Positions 26,074 through 39,861 of a stretch of 64,000 nucleotides of DNA are shown here, piece by piece. Below the pieces are notes generated by a model. The model was given only the letters and a program-made list of their open reading frames with translations, had not been told where the DNA came from and searched no databases. This DNA comes from Macrostomum lignano (taxonomy: Eukaryota), in the NCBI GenBank assembly GCA_002269645.1, contig NIVC01002917.1:62001-126000 (forward strand), read 5' to 3'. Every line of letters starts with the position of its first letter. The first letter of the stretch is position 1. The translations under genes and the position numbers were made by a program.

Positions 26074-26689
26074 AATATTAAGTTTCAAAGTGTGAACCCC
26101 TAATTAGTTTGGCTACGCCACTGGAATCGAACACGGGACTTTAGTAAGAGGTTTAGAGCTTTACCACCCCACTACAAACTTGCGCTGCGTCGCTATATCA
26201 TTGCTGCCATTTTCTTCTAGAAGAGTTCCTTGCTAAAAAATATCCAGCCAGCAGATTCTGTTGACTGCGCGCAGGAAACGCAGTTGAAGCCGCTCTCACC
26301 AGACCGCCACACTTTCTCAATCTTCATCCTCTCGAGTTCGAGCATTTTCATCTCTTTCTCTCTTCCCTTACACCCCTCATCTCCCTCTCACTTCAGTTTT
26401 TTAAGTCTTCCTGGCCTGCCAATTAAGCTTTCATTTTAACGAACACGGAGAGGGCAAGGGTGGCTCCCAGGGGGGCAGCTGGGGTAGAGAGAGACTGGGC
26501 GAGCGAGCTAGATTTAGACGCCGCTGGTGGACTCTAAAGTGCATGGCAACAGTCGAAAAAAATAATCTCTTTCCTGGCCACGCCTGGCAGTTTGCCCTAT
26601 TTGAGGGTCCAGGTGAGACATGGGGTCTTCAAGCCACAGTATCTAAAGTCTGAGTCTTATAGTCACATTCTGGATGGAGGCATCACATT

Positions 26690-27565
26690 CAGGATAGAGG
26701 CGCCACATTCGGGATAGAGGCGCCACATTCGGGATAGAGGCGCCACATTCGGGATAGAGGCGCCACATTCGGGATAGAGGCGCCACATTCGGGATAGAGG
26801 CGCCACATTCGGGATAGAGGCGCCACATTCGGGATAGAGGCGCCACATTCGGGATAGAGGCGCCACATTCGGATAGAGGCGCCACATTCGGGATAGAGGC
26901 GCCACATTCGGGATAGAGGCGCCACATTCGGGATAGAGGCGCCACATTCGGGATAGAGGCGCCACATTCAGAATAGAGGCGCCACATTCGGGATAGAGAT
27001 GCCAAATTCGGGATAGAGGCGCCACATTCGGGATAGAGGCGCCACATTCGGGATAGAGATGCCAAATTCGGGATAGAGATGCCAAATTCGGGATAGAGGC
27101 GCCAAATTCGGGATAGAGGCGCCACATTCGGGATAGAGGCGCCACATTCGGGATAGAGATGCCACATTCGGGATAGAGGCGCCACATTCGGGATAGAGAT
27201 GCCACATTCGGGATAGAGGCGCCACATTCGGGATAGAGATGCCACATTCGGGATAGAGATGCCAAATTCGGGATAGAGATGCCAAATTCGGGATAGAGAT
27301 GCCACATTCGGGATAGAGATGCCAAATTCGGGATAGAGATGCCAAATTCGGGATAGAGGCGCCACGTTCGGGATAGAGATGCCAAATTCGGGATAGAGAT
27401 GCCAAATTCGGGATAGAGATGCCACATTCGGGATAGAGATGCCACATTCGGGATAGAGATGCCAAATTCGGGATAGAGGCGCCACATTCGGGATAGAGAT
27501 GCCACATTCGGGATAGAGATGCCACATTCGGGATAGAGATGCCACATTCGGGATAGAGATGCCGC
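26690..27565. repeat. 20-bp minisatellite GCCACATTCGGGATAGAGGC
   Basis: Direct reading. Confidence 0.97.
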
Positions 27566-27638
27566 AATAGATGATCAGTGCCGCCACCAGAGTCGTCGCT
27601 GGCTTCGAAGCTCCGCTGACAACCCTGGACGGACTCAC

Positions 27639-28132
27639 CTCGGCGCAGCGGCAAGGCGTCAGGTGGCAGTCGGCATTCCGCAGGATGCATTTCGGCCGCG
27701 TGTGACGAATCTTTCTAAACCCGTCGGCCGTTGTCGTGATGATGGAGGATCCTGGCGAGCTTTCGTGCCAGTCCTCGGACGAAGCATCGGCGGCGACGCC
27801 AGCTGAGGCAGAGGCGGAGCCAGCTTCAAGGACGTGCGTCGCGGAAGCGGACAGCGGCGGGTTGAATTGAAATCGGGCCATTGGACTGGCGTCCGCCGCT
27901 GCCGCCGCCGCCGACGCCGCCGCCGCAGTGAGGCGATCGTCCCAGCTTTTCCGGCGAACCCGGAGGCTCTCGCGCAGAGCGGAATTCCGGCGCGACTCAA
28001 GTGGCGTCCCCATCACCATCACTGACTGGCGGCGCCGCTCCGCCTCCCGGCGCCGGTGCCAAATCAGCCCCATCGCCGCCACGGCGCTTACCCCAGCGAC
28101 GTCGTTCACTGAGTCGTCGAGCATGCCGACGC
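27639..28132 (-). CDS. Probable coding exon, Ala/Ser/Arg-rich, possibly an upstream exon of the PDZ gene
   Basis: GC-rich open frame between two minisatellites; ccccaag acceptor and strong GAG|gtgagt donor; phase 1/0, in frame with the exon at 18574. No recognisable domain. Confidence 0.55.
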
Positions 28133-28147
28133 CTTGGGGGGATGGAT

Positions 28148-29906
28148 AGGTCTTTGTCTAGGTCTCTAGGTAGGTGTGTAGGTAAATTCTAGGTCTTTGT
28201 GTCTGACTGAGTCTAGGTCTGTGTGTCTGATCGATTCTAGGTCTTTGTGTCTGACTGAGTCTAGGTCTTTGTGTCTGATCGATTCTAGGTCTTTGTGTCT
28301 GACTGATTCTAAGTCTTTGTGTCTGACTGAGTCTAGGTCTGTGTGTCTGATCGATTCTAGGTCTTTGTGTCTGACTGAGTCTAGGTCTTTGTGTCTGATC
28401 GATTCTAGGTCTGTGTGTCTGACTGATTCTAGGTCTTTGTGTCTGACTGAGTCTAGGTCTTTGTGTCTGACTGAATCTAGGTCTGTGTGTCTGACCGATT
28501 CTAGGTCTTTGTGTCTGACTGAGTCTAGGTCTGTGTGTCTGACCGATTCTAGGTCTTTGTGTCTGACTGATTCTAGGTCTGTGTGTCTGACCGATTCTAG
28601 GTCTGTGTGTCTGACCGATTCTAGGTCTGTGTGTCTGACCGATTCTAGGTCTGTGTGTCTGACCGATTCTAGGTCTTTGTGTCTGACCGATTCTAGGTCT
28701 GTGTGTCTGACCGATTCTAGGTCTTGTCTTTGTGTCTGACCGATTCTAGGTCTGTGTGTCTGACCGATTCTAGGTCTTGTCTTTGTGTCTGACCGATTCT
28801 GGGTCTTTGTGTCTGACCGATTCTAGGTCTGTGTGTCTGACCGATTCTGGGTCTTTGTGTCTGACCGATTCTAGGTCTTTGTGTCTGACCGATTCTGGGT
28901 CTGTGTGTCTGACCGATTCTAGGTCTGTGTGTCTGACCGATTCTAGGTCTGTGTGTCTGACCGATTCTAGGTCTGTGTGTCTGACCGATTCTAGGTCTTT
29001 GTTTTTACTGATTCTGGGTCTGTGTGTCTGACCGATTCTGGGTCTTTGTGTCTGACCGATTCTAGGTCTGTGTGTCTGACCGATTCTAGGTCTGTGTGTC
29101 TGACCGATTCTGGGTCTGTGTGTCTGACCGATTCTAGGTCTGTGTGTCTGACCGATTCTAGGTCTTTGTGTCTGACCGATTCTAGGTCTTTGTGTCTGAC
29201 CGATTCTAGGTCTGTGTGTCTGACCGATTCTAGGTCTGTGTGTCTGACCGATTCTAGGTCTTTGTGTCTGACCGATTCTAGGTCTTTGTGTCTGACCGAT
29301 TCTAGGTCTGTGTGTCTGACCGATTCTAGGTCTGTGTGTCTGACCGATTCTGGGTCTGTGTGTCTGACCGATTCTAGGTCTGTGTGTCTGACCGATTCTA
29401 GGTCTTTGTGTCTGACCGATTCTAGGTCTGTGTGTCTGACCGATTCTAGGTCTGTGTGTCTGACCGATTCTAAGTCTGTGTGTCTGACCGATTCTAGGTC
29501 TTTGTGTCTGACCGATTCTAGGTCTGTGTGTCTGACCGATTCTAGGTCTGTGTGTCTGACCGATTCTAGGTCTGTGTGTCTGACCGATTCTAGGTCTGTG
29601 TGTCTGACCGATTCTGGGTCTTTGTGTCTGACCGATTCTAGGTCTTTGTGTCTGACCGATTCTGGGTCTGTGTGTCTGACCGATTCTAGGTCTTTGTTTT
29701 TACTGATTCTGGGTCTGTGTGTCTGACCGATTCTGGGTCTTTGTGTCTGACCGATTCTAGGTCTGTGTGTCTGACCGATTCTAGGTCTGTGTGTCTGACC
29801 GATTCTAGGTCTTTGTGTCTGACCGATTCTGGGTCTTTGTGTCTGACCGATTCTAGGTCTGTGTGTCCGACTGATTCTAGGTCTTTGTGTCTGACTGAGT
29901 CTAGGT
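28148..29906. repeat. 24-bp minisatellite GTCTGACCGATTCTAGGTCTGTGT
   Basis: Direct reading. Confidence 0.97.
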
Positions 29907-29928
29907 TCTTATTTCTTGCGACTTAAGC

Positions 29929-30038
29929 TAGGGGTCGGCAAACTCCGGCCCGCTAAACCTCTCTATCCGGCTCTCGGGTCCTTTGAAACTCTGAAACCAT
30001 CCTTAAAGCATCTTTGTTATTTAGTTTGCCAACCCCTG
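29929..30038. mobile_element. 110-bp hAT-like MITE remnant
   Basis: TAGGGGTCGGCAAACT ... AGTTTGCCAACCCCTG, hAT/Charlie-type termini; the 8-bp TSD is not preserved. Confidence 0.5.
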
Positions 30039-32367
30039 ACCTGGGTCGAAATCAAAATTTACGATCTTGTCTTATTATAAAGCCTTGCGGTCTCACCTGT
30101 GCAGCACCTGCCAGATTTGCCTCCAGGGCCGGCGTCGAACGCTCGACAAGCAAGTTTTCTGGGCGATAGTGCAGTGCAGCCGCTGCTACACTTTATTTAT
30201 GCCTGATTTATTTCATTCAAACTGAGAGGAGCTCCCTGTCTTGTCCACGTGCGATCGCGCGGCACGTGCCGGTTTGTGCCAGAGGCGCGCTGAGCGCACG
30301 GTCGAGCGGGGTGGGGCGGCGGAGGGTTCGAATCGGACAAAAACGTCCCCAGTCTTTGGATTGCCTGTCCGAAGTCTCGGCAAATAAAGAAAAGAGTTGG
30401 AGAGGAATAGAAATCGGCAGTGCAGAGGAAGAAGAAGCTATGGGGGGGGGGGGTTGGCGCTCACTTTGGAAGCTTTTTGGTTTCTCGCATCTCGCATTCG
30501 AGCCCCCGGGGGCTGCGGGATGAGGCACCGGACTCGGGAGGTGGGAGGCTGGGAGGGGGGGCGTATTATTTCTCCAGTGGCCAGGCGGTCGAACCAAAAC
30601 AGGAGGCCGCAGGCGGGACGAGAAAGGGGAGGGAGCATGAAGGGGAGAAGGGAGAATATGGGAAAGGAGTAGAGAGAGAGCGCGGGCTGGGAGAGGAGAC
30701 GAGCCAGAGGGGGGACTGGGGCTCCCGCCGTGGGGATTAGCAGAGGCGACTGTCGTCAAATACCGCGAAAACGGGGTGACCGTGGGTGCTGGGGGCAGGG
30801 GGGTGGTTATACACCCGTGCAGATGCCGATGAAGCCAACTGGGCTGGCAGAATAGCTTGCAAGTAAATTTGCAGTTGTTGAGCACACAATGCCACGGTGC
30901 CAGCCATAGTACCGCGATGGTTTCTTGGAAAGTGGCGAAGGGAATGGCTGGGGGGGAATTGGCTATGGGGGAGGGCCGCCACCCGCGCCAGCCTTGGACT
31001 AACATGAGCCTGCATGAGGAAGACGCGCGGGGGAAGTGGGGTTGGCGGGCAAGGAGGTCGCTCCCGCCAGATGGAAGAAGAAGCTACGCATGGCGGGGGA
31101 ATCCCTATAAGTGGGGATTTGGGAGGCCGCTACTGTGCGGCGGAGAAGTTGCGAGCAGCGGAATGAAACTGAGGCGCCCCGAGAAGAGGAGCATGCATGA
31201 ATATCGGGTGGAGACACTCGCTGTGGTGGCAGCCTCCCTAAAGATAATCTTCCCCATCTGAGACCGCAGCTCCAGAAGTGTGAGCAGAGAAGGAAATGCG
31301 GAGCAGATGGCTGGCCTGCTGAAGAACTCATTGGAAATGGGATAATATAGACGGGACGATAAACCGAAAAGCGAAGCTGAGAGTAATTTGGGAGAATTAA
31401 ATTTTCAACCAAGCATTCAATAAGGAAAAGAGGATCTGGGAGTGCTGTGCCATTAGGCACTCGTCTACGAGTATATCTGCCAAACTCGAATAAGTTGTCG
31501 GTAAATAATGTGCGACGAAAAATTCAGTTGACAAGAAGAGTTGCAAAATTCCAAACACAGCGGATTGCCTCACAAATTAATTGCACTCTTCGATCGCACT
31601 ACTGCTGAGTAGGCTGTTGCAAATATCACATCGTATCGATAAATAAAGTTTGCGAGTGCTACTTATACTAATAGTTTTTGTAAATAAATTTTATGTCCTG
31701 ACAGTCTATAATAATATTCAATAGAATGCTTATTTTAGTCTTCCCATGATCGATAATAATATTCAAGTATTCAATAATTTGTTTTAATCTGGCGACATTA
31801 AACAGTAGCATTTAAATTAAATTAAATCATATTAAATAATCTGGTTCTCAAAATATTGACTTAGGTTCTCCCCCAATACATGTAGTATAAGTAGACGCAA
31901 ATTCTTTTCAATTCTTTTTCAACTGCTTTCAAGTACTTGGAAATCTTAATACTGCAATTAGAACGCAGAATACTAAAGATATGGAAGTGAAACGAAGTAG
32001 ATCTCGGAAATACATATACAGTATTAAGACCGTGATCATTTAATCATGGTAATCATGGTAACTGAGAGATTTACAAGAAGAGTTATTCTAAGAAAAACAT
32101 GTAAGAAATTCCACGCGACGCTACCACTACGAAGTAAGAAACAAATACAAATACTTGGTGGCACTAGTGAGATTGAAGTAAAGGCCTGTGACAACTTTAG
32201 TATCGGCAGTTTGAGTTTATAAAAGACAGAAAAACCCTTTTTAACAACCTTGGTGACAACAGTGCGATTATAAGATGATAGAACCAACGCATCCATCACG
32301 AAAGCATAAAGATGTCGCCTTCGTTTTATCAGGATAAGATTAGATTGTTCATTTCCTATTTCCTATT

Positions 32368-32627
<260 letters not shown>

Positions 32628-33706
32628 CAGGCGGGCGCACTGATTGGGCTGATCGAGTCAGCTCCAACTGACCCTCCGCATGTCTGGAGCAGGTCCCCCA
32701 GCTCACGCAGTGTCACGGCAGCTCCTTCGCAAACTTCTCTTCAAATCCAGCATTTCCTCAATCAGTGACTCTCTTCTTCACTTCTTCGTCTCAATTCTGA
32801 GCAGTTTGAGATGGAGATTCGGCCGCTTCAAACTCCACTGCCCCATCCCTCTCCCTTAAGTCCACCGAGGCTGCTCAGGCGCGAACAGCAATCGATATTC
32901 GGGTCCAGTTCGATAAATTCGAAGCTGGCTGTGTTTATCAGTGCAGCTCTAGCAGTTTCGAATTCGAACTGGTCAAGATTTTTCTGACGATTTTTGTTTC
33001 ACCTTTGGTGGGCCGGCTGCTGTTTTCAGGACCCGAGCGCTTTGATTATGCATTGAGAAATCATTTTCCAAGTGTACTCCTCATAAATTATTCCCAATGG
33101 GAAGGACTTGTGAATTGAAATGACGAGGAGACGGGCCTCTCAGAGAAGAGAGAGAGGCTGAAGTAGCCCTCATCAGCTTCTCATCAGGGAACCGCGTAGT
33201 CGGAACTCTGCTGAGCAACAGGTGCATGGATGGGTTATTCTTGCAAGTCCGCTCCATCAGCTTAGGTTGCCTCTTCACTGTATTCGACCAGATTGTCTTA
33301 CAGACAGGATGCCTGTCACAAGTGCGCACTTTTAACAGAATCTGACAGCAAGATCGATTCGAGTACGACATCCACATGTAGATCTCTACACCCCTTTCCC
33401 ATTCTATTTTTAACTGATATGCAAATTCTTAATTCCATTTTTTGAGCACTTAAAAGTCAGAAACTGAGGCAAGACTCAAATTCCAAAACAAAGTAAAGTA
33501 TACTCAAATAGTGCAATAGTGCGAAATGGTGTCTCAGAGACAAAAATACTCAGAGACAAGAAGTCAACTCACCATGACTGAAGAATAAGTTGAGCTGCTC
33601 TGCACAGATCAGAGAGCTCAGTCCTGATTCAACCTGCTGCTGTGGCCGTCTGTGCAGACATTCCAGGGCTCGATGGGAGCGCAGTGGGGGCCTCCTGTGA
33701 TGGTTT

Positions 33707-34023
33707 AATATAATAATAATAATAATATAATTGATTACACCTGCCCTAATGGCCAGATGTGCAACCGACAGCTCAGCCGCAGCTGTTGCGCGGCGCATCT
33801 GAAGGCTGCGTACGGCTGTTCAGTCCAAGGACTGGGGGGTCGCCACACACCCTCAATTACCCCAGCTAATGCTGCATGGCACCCATTTTACAGCTGGGTG
33901 AACTGAAGCAATGCAGGGTTAAGTGACTTGTTCAAGGACACCAATTGTTCCTGGTGGGTCGGGAATCGAACCACTGACCTACCAGTCGTGAGTCAGACGC
34001 TCTAACCACTAGAATACAATCCC
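33707..34023 (-). mobile_element. Same SINE family, full length with (ATT)n tail
   Basis: Reverse complement of head, CORE and body; (TAA)n run at 33707-33730 is the tail. Confidence 0.88.
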
Positions 34024-34104
34024 TACTGATGGTTTAGTAGAGAGAAATTACACTGTTGGGTTGCTTGCAGAGTTCTTTCTTCTAAATAGCCAAAGTACTC
34101 CCGT

Positions 34105-34440
34105 CCCATTGTCACTTCAAATTCAACCCATTGTCACTCTGAATTCAACACTCCAGACCCGTTGTCACTCCGAACACTTGCGATCCATTGTCACTCCGAA
34201 CACTTCCACTACGAACATTTCCGACCCACTGTCACTCCGAATTCAACAATACCAACCCATTTTCACTCGTAATGGATCACTCCCGACCCATTTTCATTTT
34301 CACTCGTAATGCATTAATCCCTACCCATTGTCACTCTAAATCTATCACTCCCGACACATTTTCACTCCGAATTCAACACTCCTGGCACACTTGTCACTTA
34401 AAATAGAGTCACCCTTCAGATCAATTGTCACAACGTCACA
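34105..34440. repeat. Old degenerate tandem repeat with CCATTGTCACTCCGAA core
   Basis: The core recurs roughly every 25-35 nt. Confidence 0.7.
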
Positions 34441-35579
34441 CAAATTCAATCCCTAATTCCTCACTTTCGAAAATGGGAGTAGATGAAGCTTCCGCTCATT
34501 CAATTGAAATCCCAGACAGAGCTATCCATGTTCCTGGATCCTGCATCCTCAACAACAAAATGAATAATGCCCAATGTAAATTCTATTTATTGATGGCGGC
34601 TCTGGAGGGGATGCTGCATGGACCGGTTCCTGGGGCTGAGGAGGCTGGCTGATGGCGGAGACATTCACAAAGGCCCCGGGGCTGCACACAAGAGGCAAAA
34701 TGGATGAATAAAAGAAAACGGCTTGTGACAAAAACTCTTTTTTAAGCCGTAGTCGAGGCGATCTCGACTAGACTCTGGATTGGAAACATGAAGTGGTTCA
34801 GGGACTACTGAAAACGCACCCCTGGATTCGTAACGTGACTGGATTGAAAAACCCAATGGAATTTTAAGAGTCTAACCGCAGCCATCCCTGCTTAACTTGA
34901 AAAAGCTTCTAGGGAATCCTTCTAGTCCAAGTCCTTCGCTTGTTTAGAAGTCCATGCTTGGGGGTTTGGCTAATGGATACCTTATTTACATGTATTACCT
35001 ATGATCGACGAAAATTTTCTACAATACTATCATTAAAATTTAGTGCTTCCAATCCAAGTTTTTGATCTCAGATATCCTTGTTCTACGCCTCAGCCGATGG
35101 ATGCTCAATTATACTTAAACTGGCACACCCTAATAACGTTAGAGAAATATGTCTAGGTCACTTGGAACTTTTGTGCTCACGGCATGGCCGGGGGGAAGGA
35201 GGCGACAGCGGAACCCGGAAGTGGCGGCATCCACTTTTTTTCTCCGCGCAGTCCCCGTTCTCCAAGTACCATAAGCGGCAGCACGGATCCCATAGCCAGA
35301 TTAGAGAGACCCAGGAAAGCATCAGAAAATGGGAAACTGTTTTGGTATGGAATAAAAAGTGCAAAGCTGTATTAAATGTGTGTCTAGCATACATGGACAA
35401 CAGGAATAGAAGGCCACTACATTTGATTTTCTAAGAAAAGAGAATTATGAACGTTTGTCTATGGCAAAACCCCATTCAGCGCGATGCGTTCTACATGTAG
35501 CTACAGCATATTAAATGCTCCAGCGATACGATTAATATAGTTTCCTTATCTGTATCTCTCATTTGATTTGCTCTCAGAT

Positions 35580-36290
35580 CAGCAATTAAACAAATTTGAA
35601 GCGTACAGTTCGTTTTAAACATTAATTTACTCTTTTGGAGTAGAAATTAAATAAATTTGAATTTACAGTTTGTTTTAAGCTTTAATTTAATCTTTTTTAG
35701 TAGCAATTAAACAAATTTGAAGCGTACAGTTCGTTTTAAACTTTAATTTACTCTTTTGGAGTAGCAATTAAATAAATTTGAATTTACAGTTTGTTTTAAG
35801 CTTTAATTTAATCTTTTTTAGTAACAACTAAACAAATTTGAAGCGTACAGTTCGTTTTAAACTTTAATTTACTCTTTTGGAGTAGCAATTAATTAAATTT
35901 GAAGCATACAGTTTGTTTTAAGCTTTAATTTAATCTTTTTAGTAGCAATTAAACAAATTTGAAGCGTACAATTCGTTTTAAACTTTAATTTACTCTTTTG
36001 GAGTAGCAATTAAATAAATTTGAAGCATACAGTTTGTTTTAAGCTTTAATTTAATCTTTTTAGTAGCAATTAAACAAATTTGTAGCGTACAGTTCGTTTT
36101 AAACTTTAATTAACTCTTTTGGAGTAGCAATTAAATAAATTTGAAGCATTTAGTTTGTTTTAAGCTTTAATTTAATCTTTTTTAGTAGCAATCAAACAAA
36201 TTTGAAGCGTACAGTTTGTTTTAAACTTTACTCTTTTGGTGTAGCATTAAAACAAATTTTGAAGCGGACAGTTTGTTTTAATGCATACGC
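35580..36290. repeat. AT-rich 60-61-bp satellite with alternating A/B monomers (about 121-bp dimer)
   Basis: About 12 monomers starting AGCAATTAAA; the A type has GCGTACAGTTCG...TTTTGGAGT and the B type has TACAGTTTG...TTTTTAGT. Confidence 0.9.
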
Positions 36291-37179
36291 GACCAATTTT
36301 TACTCGGATCTTTTGAAAGAACAATTTTTTTAGTCCAGAAAGTTTTCGAATATTCTTCTAGGAATTTTGCTATATAAACTGGCCATCTTAAGTTAGTCCG
36401 TCTGGGAAGCAACAAATTAATCTCATTTAATATAAATTTGATGCTGTATACTCTACATTATAATTTGTTATCGAACTTATTTTGAGCTGTTAAAATAGGC
36501 TTTCCCGATCTCTGCAGACGGTGAGATTTTGGGATTGAGGATGAGGTTAGGTGCTACCGGTCTAGATTATCCAAAAAAGGGACCGTGGCAACCTACTTAA
36601 GCTATATACCGGCAAAAGTGTTGATGCCCGCGGCTGCACGAGGGAAGAAGGGAACGACTCAAACACGCACAGAGGTTCCACTCAGTTAAACAAGTAGACA
36701 TTGGCAGCTGAGCACTAAAAGGGAGTATTGGGCCTTACTATAGTTGCTGACAGTGAAGCAGCTGCTTCCTTTTTGCACTGCGAAGGCTGTGAGATGGTCC
36801 GGCCTCTCTAAATATACTAAGCTATGCAGCTAACTACTGCAACTGTTGGGACACTTTCCCATGCCAGAATGCAGCGAAGAGAAAGAAGTATAAGCTACTA
36901 AAAGTTTTTCCTTGTGCACCAGAGCGCTCTCTACAGGGCCTCTATTCTTCAGCTGCTGCCTCTGCTTGTAGCCAGTAATGCTGCTGTAAGCCCCCATGCA
37001 GGCTTCTTACTTTCAGAGTTGTTGTTTAATAGCTGGACAATGCCCAGTTGTTCGAGTTGTTCATCCATTCTTATGGGATTATCATTTCCCCATACTAGGT
37101 GCCTGTTCATGTATCAGTCATGTATGTTCGTGTACATATGTTCATGCGATTTTATTGTCATTCTATCATAATTATGTAT

Positions 37180-37256
37180 AGGGGCCGGACCAGCTCAGAG
37201 GTAAAACGCACCTGACTATCGCGCTACGATCCTAATGGTTTGATTCCGTGAGCGGC
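37180..37256 (+). mobile_element. Degenerate tRNA-like head, probably a second SINE family
   Basis: GGGGCCG..CAGCTCAGAGG (A-box-like)..GGTTTGATTCC (B-box-like)..GCGGCC, with pairing GGCCG/CGGCC ends; the anticodon arm is irregular. Confidence 0.45.
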
Positions 37257-37419
37257 CACAATTCAATTGGGCACCGCTGTACACACCCTGCATGTGTGAG
37301 CGTGTGCAGGAGTGCGGGCCTGCGTACAGTATTGATGCGCTTGTATGATGCTCAGGAGTCTGCGGAATGGACAGAACTGCCTCAATTAACAGCAATTAAA
37401 AGTCGGAAGGTTTTATGCT

Positions 37420-37875
37420 TAAAACCGACCACTTTAGCACTTGGGGATCTCTATGGGGAGAAATGGGATAAATGGGTATTTCATGTGATCGGAAACCTTC
37501 CTATGTTATTTTGAGTTTAATATGTTCTCATTGTGTTTTTCAGGATCCTCTAGTATTCAGCCATTTATGAAACATTTTACTAAAACTTGACGTAAGTTAC
37601 ATGAGATTCAGGGCATGCACCTTTAGAATAATTTGAACAAAATTAAAAGATAACATAATGGGGGCATAGCTTTATCGCTCCTATATTCTTCATACAAACA
37701 TATAAAAAGAGGTTATTCCTTGCAACATCTCGTCATTTAGGCATTTGAAGCTCCAAATGAAGAGAAACCCGGACCCATTGATTCAAGCTTCCTTTTGAAG
37801 CATAAGTTCACACGAAATCCCATTTATCCCATTTCTCCACATAGAGATCCCCAAATGCTAAATTGGTCGGTTTTA
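37420..37875. mobile_element. Foldback/MITE-like element with about 70-bp inverted arms
   Basis: TAAAACCGACC...GGGGATCTCTATG.GGAGAAATGGGATAAATGGG at 37420-37487 is the near-exact reverse complement of about 37808-37875; no clear TSD. Confidence 0.6.
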
Positions 37876-38567
37876 GACACAACGCGAGCAATTTGGCTCC
37901 AAATGAAGGGATTTAGCGTAGAAAAACCGGGTTCGAGTGTTTCAGGCTCCATTTTGACTCTAAGTCCTCTTTAATTAGTTCCTCTTATAGTTAATGCAAT
38001 TTCAAATTCGTGCCAAAAACGACACTGTTAAACAACTGTTAAATACACTGAAAATTTCTTTTAAAAAACAAATAGTAAAGCTAGCAGGATCGTGGCAGAT
38101 CATAGCTTGATATACAAATCCTCCCCAGAGGTTTTCCACACATCCTTGTCTTTTTATAGCCACCACCAGACTGTAGCATGCAGCTCGCCGAGGCGGGACC
38201 CTGGAGGAGACAGAGTTCATTAGCAACTGAGCCCAGTTGATGCTTGGTCATGCTGGACGGCGTCAAGAATTGCGACCACCAGCTCAGTGAGATATATATT
38301 CATGATGGGAACTAGAGAGAGAGTGAGTGAGAGAGTTTGTTGCGAGACAGTAGCTAAGCCGATACCAGCGGCAGCAGTGGATGAAAGTATAAGCTACATG
38401 TGTAACAAGCGCTGTGTTCTGGGCATTACATGGGTGGATTAGTGTTGGAGGTGATTATTTTATATACACAGAGCAGCCTCCGCCTCGCCAAATATTCGTC
38501 TGCATTCTCAGACTAGCCACTGTAAAACGTTTCGTCAAATTGGCCTGACTGCATGTGTAGATATTCT

Positions 38568-38811
38568 GGATTGCAGCCTAGTGGTTAGAGCGTCTGACTC
38601 ACGACTGAAAGGTCGGGGGTTCGATTCTCGACCCAACCCGGAACTATCTGTGTCCTTGAGCAAGACCTTACCTCTGCATTTGCTTCTGTTCACCCAGCGG
38701 TAAAATGGGTGCCAGCATTAGCTGGGGTTAATGAGGGTGTGTGATGGCGACCCCCCAGTCCTTGGACTGAACAGCCGTACGCAGCCTTCAGATGCGCCGA
38801 GCAATAGCTGC
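38568..38811 (+). mobile_element. Same SINE family, 3'-truncated
   Basis: Head, CORE and body align to the 50362 copy; ends at CAATAGCTGCG where a minisatellite begins. Confidence 0.88.
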
Positions 38812-39085
38812 GTGAAGGGTCAACTGACTCCCACTGTGAGAGAATGAAGGGTCAAGTGTCTCCCCTGTGAGAGAATGAAGGGTCAAGTGACTCCCCTTGT
38901 GAGAGAATGAAAGATCAAAGCATAACTCCCCTGTGACAGAGTGAAAGGTCAAAGTATAACTCCCCTGTGACAGAGTGAAAGGTCAGCTGACTCCCCCTGT
39001 GAGAGTGAAGGGTCAGCTGACTCCCCTGTGAGAGTGAAGGGTCAGCTGACTCCCCCTGTGAGAGAGTGAAGGGTCAGCTGTGAGA
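38812..39085. repeat. About 30-bp minisatellite GAAGGGTCA..TGACTCCCCTGTGAGA
   Basis: Direct reading; starts at the SINE truncation point. Confidence 0.85.
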
Positions 39086-39861
39086 GAGAGCCGATGCTTC
39101 ACCCCATCCAATTACAGATGAAATCCTATATCTCTATAGTCTTTTGCGCCACTGCTAATTATAATAGAAGTTCGGACGGGTCAGAGCTTATCAGTGTTTT
39201 TTGGGAAAGAGAGGTGATTAAGAACTAAAGACTCGGGTTGATACGCACCTGTAGTTATGAATGTCCAGGGGCAGACTGTTGCTAGAATGTATGTATAGTC
39301 GAAGTTTGCACTCTGCTGTTCAAGATACCAGCAAGGATTTCTATAGCTGTCTTCTTCCGCCGTTCTGTCGCCGCGTGGTCTGTCTGTGCTAATCTCGCGT
39401 GCAAACCATAAAAGTCCCATTTTAGTGTATAAAGGCTGATTTGACTGCCACTGGGCTGAGAACAGCTGTGGGAGTCGGGTCTCATTGGATAAGCAGGGAT
39501 TGGTGAAGCATGGGCCCTGTGGTTGGCCTTGGCTCACCCACCAGATCGGTAATGCTTGCTGTGCGCTTTATGTATATGCTTTATTATTAATTAACGCGCA
39601 AGCATACTGTGTAAAAAATTATACTTGAGCCTATCACTTGTATCGGCTCAGGTCTGCAATATCTATCATACATGTATCGTGACAGAGGTCCAATAGGGAA
39701 ATGTATCGCAAAATAAGGCATGATTTATGGACTTCTTAAGGCATGCTGTTGCATATAATTAATTGCCGTGTAAATTTCAAATAATTTTACTAGAAAAAAT
39801 GCGCAATTATATTCCCTCCTATGTCATACATGTACACCCACTCGTATACTCATTTTTAGCA

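Noticed and set aside
26643-28124. 493-aa ORF as a single protein
   Set aside because: Only 27639-28132 looks exonic; a strong gtgagt donor precedes the read-through into the 20-bp array.
38568-38640. Functional tRNA genes at the SINE heads, and the fragment at 26113-26180
   Set aside because: The anticodon and acceptor stems do not pair properly, and the heads continue into the SINE body or are degenerate.
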